Source of the DNA: a virus
Taxonomy: Duplodnaviria > Caudoviricetes
IMG/VR virus record: IMGVR_UViG_3300030380_005007
Location: 1-52,364 of that record
Strand: one strand, 5' to 3'
DNA: 52,364 bases
Below are positions 1 through 9,987 of this stretch, piece by piece. The notes under the pieces were generated by a model. That model searched no databases, was not told where the DNA came from, and worked only from the letters and a program-made list of their open reading frames with translations. The position numbers and the translations under genes are program-made. Within the stretch, counting starts at the first letter, position 1; each line of letters begins with the position of its first letter.

Positions 1-7
1 AGCTAAT

Positions 8-1411
8 ATGGCAGATATTAATCTAGGAGTTGGTGGAGCTAACTCAGCATCAGGTGTTTATGAGATTGATAACTCTTGTAAGTTAGAGAGGCTTAATACT
101 GAAAAATTACAACACACATTTGATGCAGACCCAACAAATTTAAAAAAGAATACTCTTAGTATTTGGTTTAAAAGAACTGAGATAAGTGTAAATCAAGGAC
201 TTTATCAATTTGGTGATGATGCAAGTGGAGAACATAGTTATTTTAGATTCACGACTGATGACAGAGGATTTTTAAGAGGTAATTTTGGCAGTAATGTTCA
301 ATTTTTACTTACCTCACAATCATTTAGAGATACTTCAGCATGGTATCATTTAGTTGTTGCATGGGATACAACGCAAAGCACTGCTTCTAATAGATTAAAA
401 GTTTATTTAAATGGTTCAGAAATAACAGTATTTGATACTGATAATCGTTCCTCAGTAATTCCATTAAATCAGGATACACCACATGGAGAAAATGGTAAGT
501 CTATAATAATTGGTGAGGGTGTTTATGACATTTCTGCTTATGTCGCTGAAACACACTTTGTAGATGGTCAAGCATTAGCACCTACAGATTTTGGTGAATA
601 TGATGCAGATAGTGGAATTTGGAAACCTAAACAATATACAGGTACTTATGGCAATAATGGATTTTATTTAGACTTTAGCGATGCAGCTAACTTAGGTGAT
701 GATGCTAGTGGTAATGGTAATAACTTTACAGAAACCAACATAACAGCAGCCGACCAAGCTACTGACACGCCTACTAATAATTTTACAATTTTAAACACAC
801 TTCATAGAGTACCTGATACAACAATAAAAGAAGGGAATACTGCTACTGTAAAAACTAATAATGGTTGGAGAACTATAGTTAGTACTTTAGGTGTTTCAAG
901 TGGTAAGTGGTATTTTGAACTAAGTGCAGGAAGTGAATACACTATGATTGGAGTTGCAGGTGATTCTGTTTATGGCGGTGGTGGAACATGGGAATATTAT
1001 CTTGGCTCACTTACAGGTAGTCTCGGGTATTATGGTAACTCTGCTACCTACTTCCAAGACGGAAGTGATAAATCACCTACTAATGTTTCAAGTTTTGTAG
1101 CTGATGATATTATTGGTATGGCACTTGATGTTGATAATGGAAAAGTTTATTTCCATAAAAATGGTACTTATCAAAATCAAGGTAATCCTAATAATGGTAC
1201 AAACGGTTATACTTTAACTGGTATTGCACCTTACTTTTTAGGTTTATCAACTTATCAACAATCCGACCAATGTGAAGTAAACTATGGTGGTTATCATGTT
1301 TATTCAGTCTCGTCAGGTAACAGCGATGCAAACGGATATGGTAACTTTGAATATGCACCACCTTCAGGATATTATGCTTTATGCACTAAAAACTTAGCGG
1401 AGTACGGATAA
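8..1411 (+). CDS. Tail fibre / receptor-binding protein, LamG(ConA)-like + SPRY-like domains (allele A)
   Basis: 467 aa; TLSIWFKR and FRDTSAWYHLVVAWDT (LamG-like), SSGKWYFE and DIIGMALDVDNGKVYFHKNG (SPRY-like); near-copy at 50935-52335. Confidence 0.75.
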   Translation: MADINLGVGGANSASGVYEIDNSCKLERLNTEKLQHTFDADPTNLKKNTLSIWFKRTEISVNQGLYQFGDDASGEHSYFRFTTDDRGFLRGNFGSNVQFLLTSQSFRDTSAWYHLVVAWDTTQSTASNRLKVYLNGSEITVFDTDNRSSVIPLNQDTPHGENGKSIIIGEGVYDISAYVAETHFVDGQALAPTDFGEYDADSGIWKPKQYTGTYGNNGFYLDFSDAANLGDDASGNGNNFTETNITAADQATDTPTNNFTILNTLHRVPDTTIKEGNTATVKTNNGWRTIVSTLGVSSGKWYFELSAGSEYTMIGVAGDSVYGGGGTWEYYLGSLTGSLGYYGNSATYFQDGSDKSPTNVSSFVADDIIGMALDVDNGKVYFHKNGTYQNQGNPNNGTNGYTLTGIAPYFLGLSTYQQSDQCEVNYGGYHVYSVSSGNSDANGYGNFEYAPPSGYYALCTKNLAEYG

Positions 1412-2454
1412 TGGCTTATACAAATATTGATGACCCTTCAGCACATTTTCAGACTACTCTCTATACAGGTGATGGTAACGACCCTAGAACAGTAACAAAT
1501 GGTGGAAACTCTGATTTGCAACCTGACTGGGTTATTATAAAGTATAGAACAGCAGGAGTAAGCCCATCAACTTACGACAGTAGCAGAGGAGCAACCAAAA
1601 GACTTTACACTGATTTTGGTAGTACAGAAGCAACCTTAACAACTGGTGTAAAGGCTTTTAATACTGATGGCTTTACAGTAGGCGATTTAGGAGAAGTCAA
1701 TACCAATAATGTTCCTTATGTAGCTTGGCAATGGCATTGTAACAGTGGTACAACCTCATCTAATACAGAAGGCAATACCACTAATACATTACAAGTAAAC
1801 ACCACAGCAGGTTTTAGCATTAACACATTCACAAGTCAAGCATCAGGCAATACAACAATTGGACATGGGTTGGGTGGAGTTCCTGAATTTTATATGATTA
1901 AAGCAAGAAATAATGATTATAGTTGGTGGGTAAACCATGTTGGTATGGGAGACCAAAGTGATGAATATGTGGCATGGAATCTAACAGGCGATAGGAATGA
2001 TGTATCTTGGGGAGCAGCACCTACTAGCACTTTGCTTACATTCTCACAAGCCTTTGTAGGTGCAAGCAAAAACACAGTTTGTTATGCTTTTAAAGAAAAG
2101 CAAGGGTATAGCAAGTTTGGAAAATATACAGGTAATGGAAATGCAGATGGTACATTTGTTTATACAGGATTTAAACCTGCATTTTTTGTGTGCAAAAGAA
2201 CTGATAATACAGGTAATTGGTTGATGTTTGATAATAAACGAGACGGTATAAATCCTAGTGGTAGATATTTTTATGCCAATGGAGGTAATGCTGAATTTGA
2301 CTCAACCACAGTATTATGTGATTTTGTAAGTAATGGTGTAAAGGTAAGGTCAGATAACAATGACATAGGTGCATCCAATGCCACTTATATTTTTTTAGCA
2401 TTTGCAGAAAATCCATTTGTAACATCAACAGGAATACCAACCACAGCTAGGTAA
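1411..2454 (+). CDS. Tail-associated beta-rich protein
   Basis: 347 aa Gly/Thr/Asn-rich; repeated YTGxG and PDWVIIK/PAFFVCK motifs typical of marine phage tail proteins; coupled to upstream gene (TAATG). Confidence 0.6.
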   Translation: MAYTNIDDPSAHFQTTLYTGDGNDPRTVTNGGNSDLQPDWVIIKYRTAGVSPSTYDSSRGATKRLYTDFGSTEATLTTGVKAFNTDGFTVGDLGEVNTNNVPYVAWQWHCNSGTTSSNTEGNTTNTLQVNTTAGFSINTFTSQASGNTTIGHGLGGVPEFYMIKARNNDYSWWVNHVGMGDQSDEYVAWNLTGDRNDVSWGAAPTSTLLTFSQAFVGASKNTVCYAFKEKQGYSKFGKYTGNGNADGTFVYTGFKPAFFVCKRTDNTGNWLMFDNKRDGINPSGRYFYANGGNAEFDSTTVLCDFVSNGVKVRSDNNDIGASNATYIFLAFAENPFVTSTGIPTTAR

Positions 2455-2483
2455 AATAAAATTATTGAGGTAGAATAAAAATT

Positions 2484-3062
2484 ATGTGGGCATTAGTAGA
2501 ATCAGGCAGTATAACTGCTACTTATAATCAACCGAAAGCTATACAAATAGGGGATATAAAATACCCTAGTAATATATTTCAAGTATGGTCTAAATCCGAA
2601 TTAGAGGCTGTAGGTCTTTACGAAGTTGTTTATGATCGTACAAATTTTAAAGATAAAGAATATTATATTAATACTGACGAAACTTTAACTTTTGCAAGTA
2701 ATACGGTTACTGCTTCTTGGGGTACAGCTACAGCAAAAGCCCTAAACGACTCATCAGAAGAAATAAGTGGTGTGACTTACAATTACAAAGGTCTTAAAAC
2801 ATTACACAAAGAAACTGTAGATCAACAAGCATATTCATTATTACAATCAAGCGATTGGATGGTTGTAAGAAATGCAGAAAGTTCAAAAGCCATACCTTCT
2901 GATTGGTTAGATTTTAGAGTAAATGTTAGAAGCACTGCTTCTGATATGAAAGATAAAATAGATGCTGTAAGTGATGTAGACGCACTAGCGGCACTTTATG
3001 TTTACAATTCTAAAACTGGTACACGACCATTGGGTGAGTTTCCAACCCCACCAAGTTCATAA
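2484..3062 (+). CDS. Putative tail fibre assembly chaperone
   Basis: C-terminal LLQSSDWMVVR...WLDFR motif typical of fibre chaperones; follows fibre genes. Confidence 0.5.
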   Translation: MWALVESGSITATYNQPKAIQIGDIKYPSNIFQVWSKSELEAVGLYEVVYDRTNFKDKEYYINTDETLTFASNTVTASWGTATAKALNDSSEEISGVTYNYKGLKTLHKETVDQQAYSLLQSSDWMVVRNAESSKAIPSDWLDFRVNVRSTASDMKDKIDAVSDVDALAALYVYNSKTGTRPLGEFPTPPSS

Positions 3063-3071
3063 GGAGTAAAT

Positions 3072-3179
3072 ATGGAATATTTTTTAGGAATATTATTAGT
3101 TTTAGTAATCGCTGGTGCGGTTATTTGGAAAAACAAACCTGAATGGGTTAGCAAAGTTAAGTCCTGGTTTGTTGAATAA
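3072..3179 (+). CDS. Small membrane peptide (35 aa, not in ORF track)
   Basis: AAGGAG RBS at 3061; MEYFLGILLVLVIAGAVIWKNKPEWVSKVKSWFVE; stop overlaps next ATG. Confidence 0.6.
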   Translation: MEYFLGILLVLVIAGAVIWKNKPEWVSKVKSWFVE

Positions 3180-3373
3180 TGTCTAAGCCAACGGTTCAAA
3201 GCACTTATAACGAATTAATTCGTCACCAAACCGAATGTGCTGAACGTTGGAAAACTTGTTTTAACCATCTAGAAAAATTAGATGCTGATATTACGTTTAT
3301 CAGAAATATAGTAGTAGGCGGTACAGGTACTTTGGCTTTGTGCTTTTTAGGATTTATACTGACTCAGATATGA
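3179..3373 (+). CDS. Small coiled-coil protein with C-terminal TM helix (lysis-cassette)
   Basis: 64 aa, hydrophobic C-terminus, upstream of holin and lysozyme. Confidence 0.5.
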   Translation: MSKPTVQSTYNELIRHQTECAERWKTCFNHLEKLDADITFIRNIVVGGTGTLALCFLGFILTQI

Positions 3374-3834
3374 AACAACTTAAATCAATTTTAGGTGCTT
3401 TAGCGCCAACTTTAGGAGCGGCTATAGGTGGCCCACTTGGCGGCCAAGCTGGGTCAATACTTAGTTCTGTACTGGGTGTGCCTAACAACCCCAAGTCTAT
3501 AGAATCAGCGATGAACAACATCACCTCTGAACAGATGATGGCGTTAAAGAAAGCTGAAAAAGAATTTGAAGTTCAAATGAAAGAGCTTGATGTTGATATC
3601 TATAAATTAGAAACTAAAGACGTTCAAGATGCTAGAGAAAAGTTTAGCTCTGATTGGACTCCTAAATTTTTAGGTGTTCTTTGTCTTGTAGGCTTCTTTG
3701 GTTATATAGGTATGGTCACACTTTACCCCCAACCAGATTCAAGTGACGATATTGTCATGCTGGTAATTGGATCTATTACTGGTATAGCTACCGCAGTTAT
3801 ATCATTCTATTTTGGATCGTCCAACAAAAAATAA
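3370..3834 (+). CDS. Putative holin
   Basis: Likely start MKQLK at 3370 (ATGA overlap); two C-terminal TM helices ending FYFGSS; directly before lysozyme. Confidence 0.6.
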   Translation: MKQLKSILGALAPTLGAAIGGPLGGQAGSILSSVLGVPNNPKSIESAMNNITSEQMMALKKAEKEFEVQMKELDVDIYKLETKDVQDAREKFSSDWTPKFLGVLCLVGFFGYIGMVTLYPQPDSSDDIVMLVIGSITGIATAVISFYFGSSNKK

Positions 3835-3836
3835 TT

Positions 3837-4301
3837 ATGCACATCTCTGACGAAGGGCTAGAACTTATCAAGCATTTTGAGGGTTGCCCAACAGATGATG
3901 AGGGTAACGTTGTTGCTTATCAAGATGCAGTAGATGTATGGACAATTGGTTATGGCCATACCAAAGATGTGCAAGAAGGCGATAAGTGGACTAAAGAAAA
4001 AGCAGATTTTATGTTATGGCGAGAACTCGAAGATGAGTACGAGGATTACATCAATAATTACGTCCATGTACCTTTAAATCAACAACAATTTGATGCTTTG
4101 TGTTCTTGGGTGTATAACCTTGGACCGGCAAACTTAAAAAAATCAACATTACTTAGAAAATTAAATAACGGTGAATACGAAGAAACGCCAAATCAAATAA
4201 AAAGATGGAATAAAGCTGGGGGAAAAGTTCTCGAAGGTCTAGTGCGAAGAAGAGAAGCAGAGGCTTTGCTTTTTGAAGGCAAAGACTGGCGACATATATA
4301 G
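3837..4301 (+). CDS. Endolysin, GH24 phage lysozyme
   Basis: IKHFEG, YQDAVDVWTIGYGHT, LNQQQFDALCSWVYNLG, GLVRRREAE motifs. Confidence 0.95.
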   Translation: MHISDEGLELIKHFEGCPTDDEGNVVAYQDAVDVWTIGYGHTKDVQEGDKWTKEKADFMLWRELEDEYEDYINNYVHVPLNQQQFDALCSWVYNLGPANLKKSTLLRKLNNGEYEETPNQIKRWNKAGGKVLEGLVRRREAEALLFEGKDWRHI

Positions 4302-4309
4302 GAGTTTAA

Positions 4310-4777
4310 ATGTCACACGTTTCTGCAAGAATAGCACTTGCAGGTGAATATTTAGCAGCATCATATTTGATGCGATTTTGTGACTCTGTGATAATTGCGC
4401 CCGAGGGTCATAAGTCAGATTTAATACTTGACCACCAAGGTCAACTTTATAAAGTTCAAGTAAAAACAACCAATAGCATTTATAAAAAACGTGATAATGA
4501 TTACTATCGCTGGGATTTTAGATCTAACGCAGATAACAAAAGAAAAAATAAAATGCTAAGATATGGGAGTGGGCAAGTAGACATTTTTTGTTTAGTTGCT
4601 TTACCTATAGATAAAGTTTTCTTTTTATCTTTTGATAAAGTAGAAAATTCTATTGCTAAAACTATAAATAGTTTAAATGAAATTAATTCAGAAGAATCTT
4701 TGATAAATAGTTTATTAGAGATAAATAAAATACCAAATTTGGAACCGATAGATGCCACTACAGAAAGCGATATTTAG
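4310..4777 (+). CDS. PD-(D/E)XK endonuclease, free-standing homing-endonuclease-like
   Basis: AGE...SDLILD...KVQVKT motif; more AT-rich than neighbours. Confidence 0.7.
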   Translation: MSHVSARIALAGEYLAASYLMRFCDSVIIAPEGHKSDLILDHQGQLYKVQVKTTNSIYKKRDNDYYRWDFRSNADNKRKNKMLRYGSGQVDIFCLVALPIDKVFFLSFDKVENSIAKTINSLNEINSEESLINSLLEINKIPNLEPIDATTESDI

Positions 4778-6626
4778 ACCAGGGGTAAACAGAGAAGGAA
4801 CCGACTACGATAACGAGGGCGGTTGGTTTGATGTAAACTTGGTAAGATTTAGAAAGGGTAGACCTGAAAAATTTGGTGGATGGGCAAAACTTTTAAGCAA
4901 TACTTTTTTGGGAACTTGCAGAGCTCTGCATGCTTGGATTGCTAATTCAGGTGAAAAATATTTAGGTCTTGGAACGCATTTTAAATATTATATTCAAGAA
5001 GGCACAACTTTTAATGATGTTACACCTCTTAGGCTTACAACTGCTGCAGGCGATGTAACTTTCTCTGCTTCAAATGGAGATGCGACAATTACTGTCGCTG
5101 ATACCGCACATGGCGCAGTACAAAACGACTTTGTTACTTTTTCAGGCGCAGCAAGTCTAGGTGGTAATATTACTGCTACTGTTTTAAACCAAGAATATCA
5201 AATCGCTACGATTGTGAATGCAAACTCATATACTGTTGAGGCAAAAGATACAAGCGATTCAACCGTAACTGCAAACGCTTCAGATACAGGAAACGGCGGT
5301 AGTTCTGTTGTTGGTAAATATCAAATTAATACAGGATTAGATGTTTTCGTTCCTTCAACAGGTTGGAGTGTTGGTTCTTGGAGTTCAGGAGCCTGGGGTT
5401 CATCTACTTCCTTATCTGCCTCAAATCAGCTTAGATTATGGACACATGATAACTTTGGCGAAAATTTAATCATCAATCCTAGAGGTGGTGGTATTTTTGA
5501 GTGGATTCAAAATGACGGTCTTAATACTAGGGCTGTTGAGTTGTCGGGCAGAACAGGAGCAAATTTAGTTCCAACCGTAGGACTACAAACAATTACCTCT
5601 GAAAAAGATAGGCATCTTATTGTTCTCGGCGCTGATCCTTTAAATGTAGGTGGTACAGCCAGAACAGGCACCGTAGATCCAATGTTTATCGCTTTTTCTG
5701 ACCAAGAAAACGAGTTAGAGTTTGAACCTTTAATTACCAATACTGCAGGCTCTTTACGATTATCTGCTGGTTCAGAAATTATCGGCGCGTGTAAAGCTAG
5801 ACAAGAAATACTTATTTGGACTGATACTTCACTTTATAGCATGCAATTTGTTGGACCGCCTTTTACATTTGCTGTTAACTTAATAAACCAAAATACAGGA
5901 ATGATAAGTCCTAAAGCGTGTGTTTCTGCTCCGGGTGGCGTGTATTGGATGGATACTAATAGCTTTTACATATATAACGGATCAGTAAGAGAAGTTCCTT
6001 GTTCTGTTTTAAATTATGTTTTCTCAGATATAAACAAAGATCAAGCATTTAAAATTCACGCTTTTACAATAATGGATAAAAATGAAGTAGGTTGGTTCTA
6101 TCCGTCCTCTTCATCCATCGAGGTAGACAGATACGTTTTATATAATTATGAAGAAAAAGTTTGGACTTATGGCCAGTTAGAGAGAACCGCTTGGTTGGAT
6201 TCAGGTATTGAATCATACCCAAGAGCTGTAGCTAATAATTATTTGTATCAACAAGAGTTTGGTTTTGACGATGACGGTTCGCCGATGACAAATGTTTTTA
6301 TTGAAAGTTCAGACTTTGATATCGGTGATGGCGAAAACTTTCAATTTATTCGACGTATGATTCCAGATATTAAGTTTTTACAAAACAGTAACGACTGTTC
6401 AGTTAACGTTGTTCTTAAAACTAGAAATAATCCTGGACAGTCTTTGTCAGCTAGCTCTACAAATGCAGTTCAAAGCAATACTGGTCAACTTAATATTAGA
6501 GCTAGAGGCCGTCAAGTTGCTCTTAGAGTTGAATCAGATGATGATGCAAGCAACGATGGTAATTTAGGAATAGGTTGGAGATTAGGGGCAACCAGATTAG
6601 ATATTAGACAAGACGGTAGAAGATGA
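4752..6626 (+). CDS. Tail nozzle / head-stabilisation protein (P22 gp10/T7 gp12 position)
   Basis: 624 aa beta-rich with Trp repeats; precedes internal virion genes. Confidence 0.6.
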   Translation: MPLQKAIFRPGVNREGTDYDNEGGWFDVNLVRFRKGRPEKFGGWAKLLSNTFLGTCRALHAWIANSGEKYLGLGTHFKYYIQEGTTFNDVTPLRLTTAAGDVTFSASNGDATITVADTAHGAVQNDFVTFSGAASLGGNITATVLNQEYQIATIVNANSYTVEAKDTSDSTVTANASDTGNGGSSVVGKYQINTGLDVFVPSTGWSVGSWSSGAWGSSTSLSASNQLRLWTHDNFGENLIINPRGGGIFEWIQNDGLNTRAVELSGRTGANLVPTVGLQTITSEKDRHLIVLGADPLNVGGTARTGTVDPMFIAFSDQENELEFEPLITNTAGSLRLSAGSEIIGACKARQEILIWTDTSLYSMQFVGPPFTFAVNLINQNTGMISPKACVSAPGGVYWMDTNSFYIYNGSVREVPCSVLNYVFSDINKDQAFKIHAFTIMDKNEVGWFYPSSSSIEVDRYVLYNYEEKVWTYGQLERTAWLDSGIESYPRAVANNYLYQQEFGFDDDGSPMTNVFIESSDFDIGDGENFQFIRRMIPDIKFLQNSNDCSVNVVLKTRNNPGQSLSASSTNAVQSNTGQLNIRARGRQVALRVESDDDASNDGNLGIGWRLGATRLDIRQDGRR

Positions 6627-6934
6627 GCAAAATACTGCCAACTCAGCTGCCTTTAGCGCAAGGTGAGTATGTTTCTGCTGACCTTTTTAATAGACTTGTA
6701 CGTATTTTAGAGATAAACTTAGGAGCAGTAGACCCCGATAATACTTTACAATTATCGACTACTGAACGTGATCAATTAAACTTTAATATTGGCACGCTAA
6801 TATTCAATACGACTACAGAAGTATTGCAGGTATTTGACGGTACAGAGTTTATTGATTTAACGACTCATCGCACCTACCTGACAGGACTTTCTGCTACAAC
6901 TGGATTAGGCTCAGTTACTGTATCGACGCCTTAA
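6623..6934 (+). CDS. Virion structural protein (hypothetical)
   Basis: 103 aa, GTLIFNTTTEVLQVFDG motif seen in tail proteins; ATGA overlap. Confidence 0.5.
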   Translation: MSKILPTQLPLAQGEYVSADLFNRLVRILEINLGAVDPDNTLQLSTTERDQLNFNIGTLIFNTTTEVLQVFDGTEFIDLTTHRTYLTGLSATTGLGSVTVSTP

Positions 6935-6961
6935 AAATGCTAACATATAGGTTATATTAAT

Positions 6962-8635
6962 ATGCTAAACGGAATACAAAAACAAGACTTACAAGGTATT
7001 GCTGCTTTGGGGAGAAATGAGGACACTTTTCTTGCGCACGTTGCGCCAGATGAAATGGTTGTCCCAGCTCAAGTTCTTAAAGACGATCCACTTTTAAACA
7101 CATACATTCGTAACTCTATTTCCAAGTACGGCGTTGATCCGAATCAATTCGTAGTCGGAAATGGCGATATGGATTTAAATCCGATGACTGGACTGCCTGA
7201 GTTTGGCTTTTTATCAAAGGTTGTTAAAAAAGTTAAAAAAGCGGTTAAAAAAGTTGTAAAGCCGGTAGCTCAAGTAGCTCAATTTGTACCGGGACCTTGG
7301 CAGGCACCTGCTGCTTTAGTAGCAAAAGCAAGTACCGTATATGACGTAGCAAAAGGCAGAGCAAGTCCAGCAGCTTTATTAAGTGTTGCTGGCCCCTTAA
7401 GAGTTGGTCCAGGAATAGGCGAAAGTTTAGGAGCTATAAAAGATGCTGGCGGCTTAGGAGCAACTTTTGGAAATATAGGTTCTGCTTTAAAATCAGGTAT
7501 CGGCTCATTCGCAAAAGATCCATTTGGTACAATTGGCGGACTATTTAAAGGCGGAGGACAAACTACCGTTCAGCCTGGAGATAGCTTATCAAGTATTGCT
7601 GCAAAAGAAGGAACAACCGTTGCAGAATTATTAAAAGCCAATCCTCAAATAACCAATCCTAATTTAATACAAGCAGGCGCTACTATTAAATTGCCTGGAG
7701 CAAGCGGTTTATCAAGAATTGGGGGTGGCTTACAGAAAATAGGTGAAGGTATTGGCGGATTGATGCCAAGTACTGAAGGTCAAAGTCAAGTTGGAATGAT
7801 CGAAGATATGCTTAAAAGCAGACCATCTGATCCCGTCAGAGAAGGCGGAGGATTTTTAAGTGGAATGATGGGCGGCGATCAACAACAACAACAAGGCGGC
7901 GGCGGATTCTTGCAATCTTTAGGTGGAGCGATGACAGGCCCAGCAGGTCTTGCAGGCTTGTACGGATTAGCGACTTATTTAGGCGCTAAAGAAAGAGAAG
8001 GTGGATTAGCAGAAACTCCAGCAGTAACAATGGATGCTTTAGGAAGATATCAACTTTCTAAAACTTTAGGGACTGGTGGAACCAGAGAAGAGTTTGGTTT
8101 AGGGCCGGCTCCTCAAGCGCTTAAGTTTGCTGAAGGCGATGTAGTTCCATCATCTAATGAAATAAATTTAGTGATCGATGCAATAGATGGAACAATACCT
8201 CAATATGATAATGAAAAAATAATTCAGGACTTTATTGAAAAATATGGAATTGATATGTTTCGACAAATTAGCAGCAATGTAAGCTCAAGAACTTTTTATG
8301 ACAACAATAATGATTTTTACAAAGAGGGAAGAACTATAAACCCATCAAATGTTATTAGACCAGGATTTAATACTGGCGGCGCTGTAATGATGGAAGAATT
8401 AGATATGCGTCAAGGTGGAGAATCTATTGGTCCAGGAACTGGAACTTCCGATGATATCCCAGCGATGTTAAGTGACGGCGAATTTGTAATGACTGCTAAA
8501 GCAACACGTGGAGCAGGCTCATATGAAACCAAAAAAACTCCAAAAGGAATTGAGCTAATTAAAAGCGGAGATCCTTCAAGAGAGGCAGGCGTAGAAAATA
8601 TGCGCGAGCTAATGAAAATGTTTGAGGCAGTATAA
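6962..8635 (+). CDS. Internal virion/ejection protein with LysM domain
   Basis: TTVQPGDSLSSIAAKEGTTVAELLKANPQITNPNLIQAGATIKLP is a canonical LysM; Gly-rich; C-terminal GPGTGTSDDIPAMLSDGEFV motif. Confidence 0.7.
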   Translation: MLNGIQKQDLQGIAALGRNEDTFLAHVAPDEMVVPAQVLKDDPLLNTYIRNSISKYGVDPNQFVVGNGDMDLNPMTGLPEFGFLSKVVKKVKKAVKKVVKPVAQVAQFVPGPWQAPAALVAKASTVYDVAKGRASPAALLSVAGPLRVGPGIGESLGAIKDAGGLGATFGNIGSALKSGIGSFAKDPFGTIGGLFKGGGQTTVQPGDSLSSIAAKEGTTVAELLKANPQITNPNLIQAGATIKLPGASGLSRIGGGLQKIGEGIGGLMPSTEGQSQVGMIEDMLKSRPSDPVREGGGFLSGMMGGDQQQQQGGGGFLQSLGGAMTGPAGLAGLYGLATYLGAKEREGGLAETPAVTMDALGRYQLSKTLGTGGTREEFGLGPAPQALKFAEGDVVPSSNEINLVIDAIDGTIPQYDNEKIIQDFIEKYGIDMFRQISSNVSSRTFYDNNNDFYKEGRTINPSNVIRPGFNTGGAVMMEELDMRQGGESIGPGTGTSDDIPAMLSDGEFVMTAKATRGAGSYETKKTPKGIELIKSGDPSREAGVENMRELMKMFEAV

Positions 8636-9987
8636 TGGCTACAGTAAACCCAGTTTTACAAGGTATAACTAGAGATGAGGCAATATCCGATCCGTTTGTC
8701 AGAGAACTTTATTTTGGATCTGCAGACACACCAGGATTAATAGCGCAAGCAACTCAAGCTGCGCAAAAAGCATATTTAGACCAACCTCCAATATTAGAAC
8801 AAACCGCAGGATTAACTCCAGATGAGTTAAGAGCAAGAGAAGTTGCTAGAGCTGGAATTGGTTCTTTTCAACCATTTTTAAGCAGAGCAGAACAAGCTTA
8901 CGGTAGAGGCCTCGGAGCCTTGCAATCAAGTATTGGTTTTGGCGGCCCTTCGGCTAGGCAGTTGCTTGGATTATCTTTACAACAATACGATCCAAGAATG
9001 GCTGGAACATTTTACGATCCGTTTGAAGAACAAGTTGTTCAGCAAACCATACAAGATACTTTAAAAGCAGCAGCTCAACAAGACATACAACAAAGGGCTT
9101 CTGATATAGCTAGAGGCGGAGAGTCCGCTTTTGGTTCAAGAGCTCGATTAACAGCTGGCGAAAGGCAAGCAGCAATAGGTAGAGGATTAGGGGAAGTTCT
9201 TAGCAACATAAGGTCAGGAGGATTCCAAACTGCTCAACAAAGAGCTCTAGAGGAATTTGACAGACAAAGAAATGCTGCAAGCAGAGCAGCTCAATTACAG
9301 GCTGGATTTGGCGGAGATATCTCAGCAGCACAAAGATTGTTTGGCTCAGATATATCCGGACTAGGTTCTGAAGCGCAAAGATTAAGAGGTATTGACGTTG
9401 GTCAACTTGAGGGATTAGGAGCGACTCAAAGAAATATAGAAGAGCAAAGACTTGCTAGACAATATGCTCAACAACAAGCGCAAAGACAAGCTCCGCTACA
9501 AGCTACTAAATTTATTCAAGGTTTTGCTCCTCAATATGTTTCTGGAAGAACAGACGTTAAAAAAACATACGGAATGCCAGTTGATCCTTTAGGATTAGGA
9601 ATCGGAGCAGCTTTAGGAGCTTACAGAGGTTTAAGAAGAGAACCTCAACCTGATTTATCTGCATATAACAAGGGTATAGCTGACACTGAGGCTGCTAGAA
9701 AAGCAGCAGCAGAAAGAGCAGAGATAGGTCAAAATTTACGTTTACCTAGCTCTATAGGAACTCAACAACAATTCCCAACATCTCAATACGGTTATACTGA
9801 TTACAGCAACATGCTTGTTAATCCGTATCAGCCAACTACAAGTTCTTACGTTCCTGGCAGAGTAAACTTACCTAGTTCTTTACCGGGACAAAGCCCAACA
9901 ATAAATAACCCTAATCCATACGCTGGATTTGATCCAACAAATCCTGGAGCGGGTTTGCCTTATAACGTGTTTGGAGGGACTCCTTGA
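8635..9987 (+). CDS. Internal virion / DNA-ejection protein
   Basis: Gln/Ala/Gly-rich helical protein in ejection-gene position. Confidence 0.55.
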   Translation: MATVNPVLQGITRDEAISDPFVRELYFGSADTPGLIAQATQAAQKAYLDQPPILEQTAGLTPDELRAREVARAGIGSFQPFLSRAEQAYGRGLGALQSSIGFGGPSARQLLGLSLQQYDPRMAGTFYDPFEEQVVQQTIQDTLKAAAQQDIQQRASDIARGGESAFGSRARLTAGERQAAIGRGLGEVLSNIRSGGFQTAQQRALEEFDRQRNAASRAAQLQAGFGGDISAAQRLFGSDISGLGSEAQRLRGIDVGQLEGLGATQRNIEEQRLARQYAQQQAQRQAPLQATKFIQGFAPQYVSGRTDVKKTYGMPVDPLGLGIGAALGAYRGLRREPQPDLSAYNKGIADTEAARKAAAERAEIGQNLRLPSSIGTQQQFPTSQYGYTDYSNMLVNPYQPTTSSYVPGRVNLPSSLPGQSPTINNPNPYAGFDPTNPGAGLPYNVFGGTP

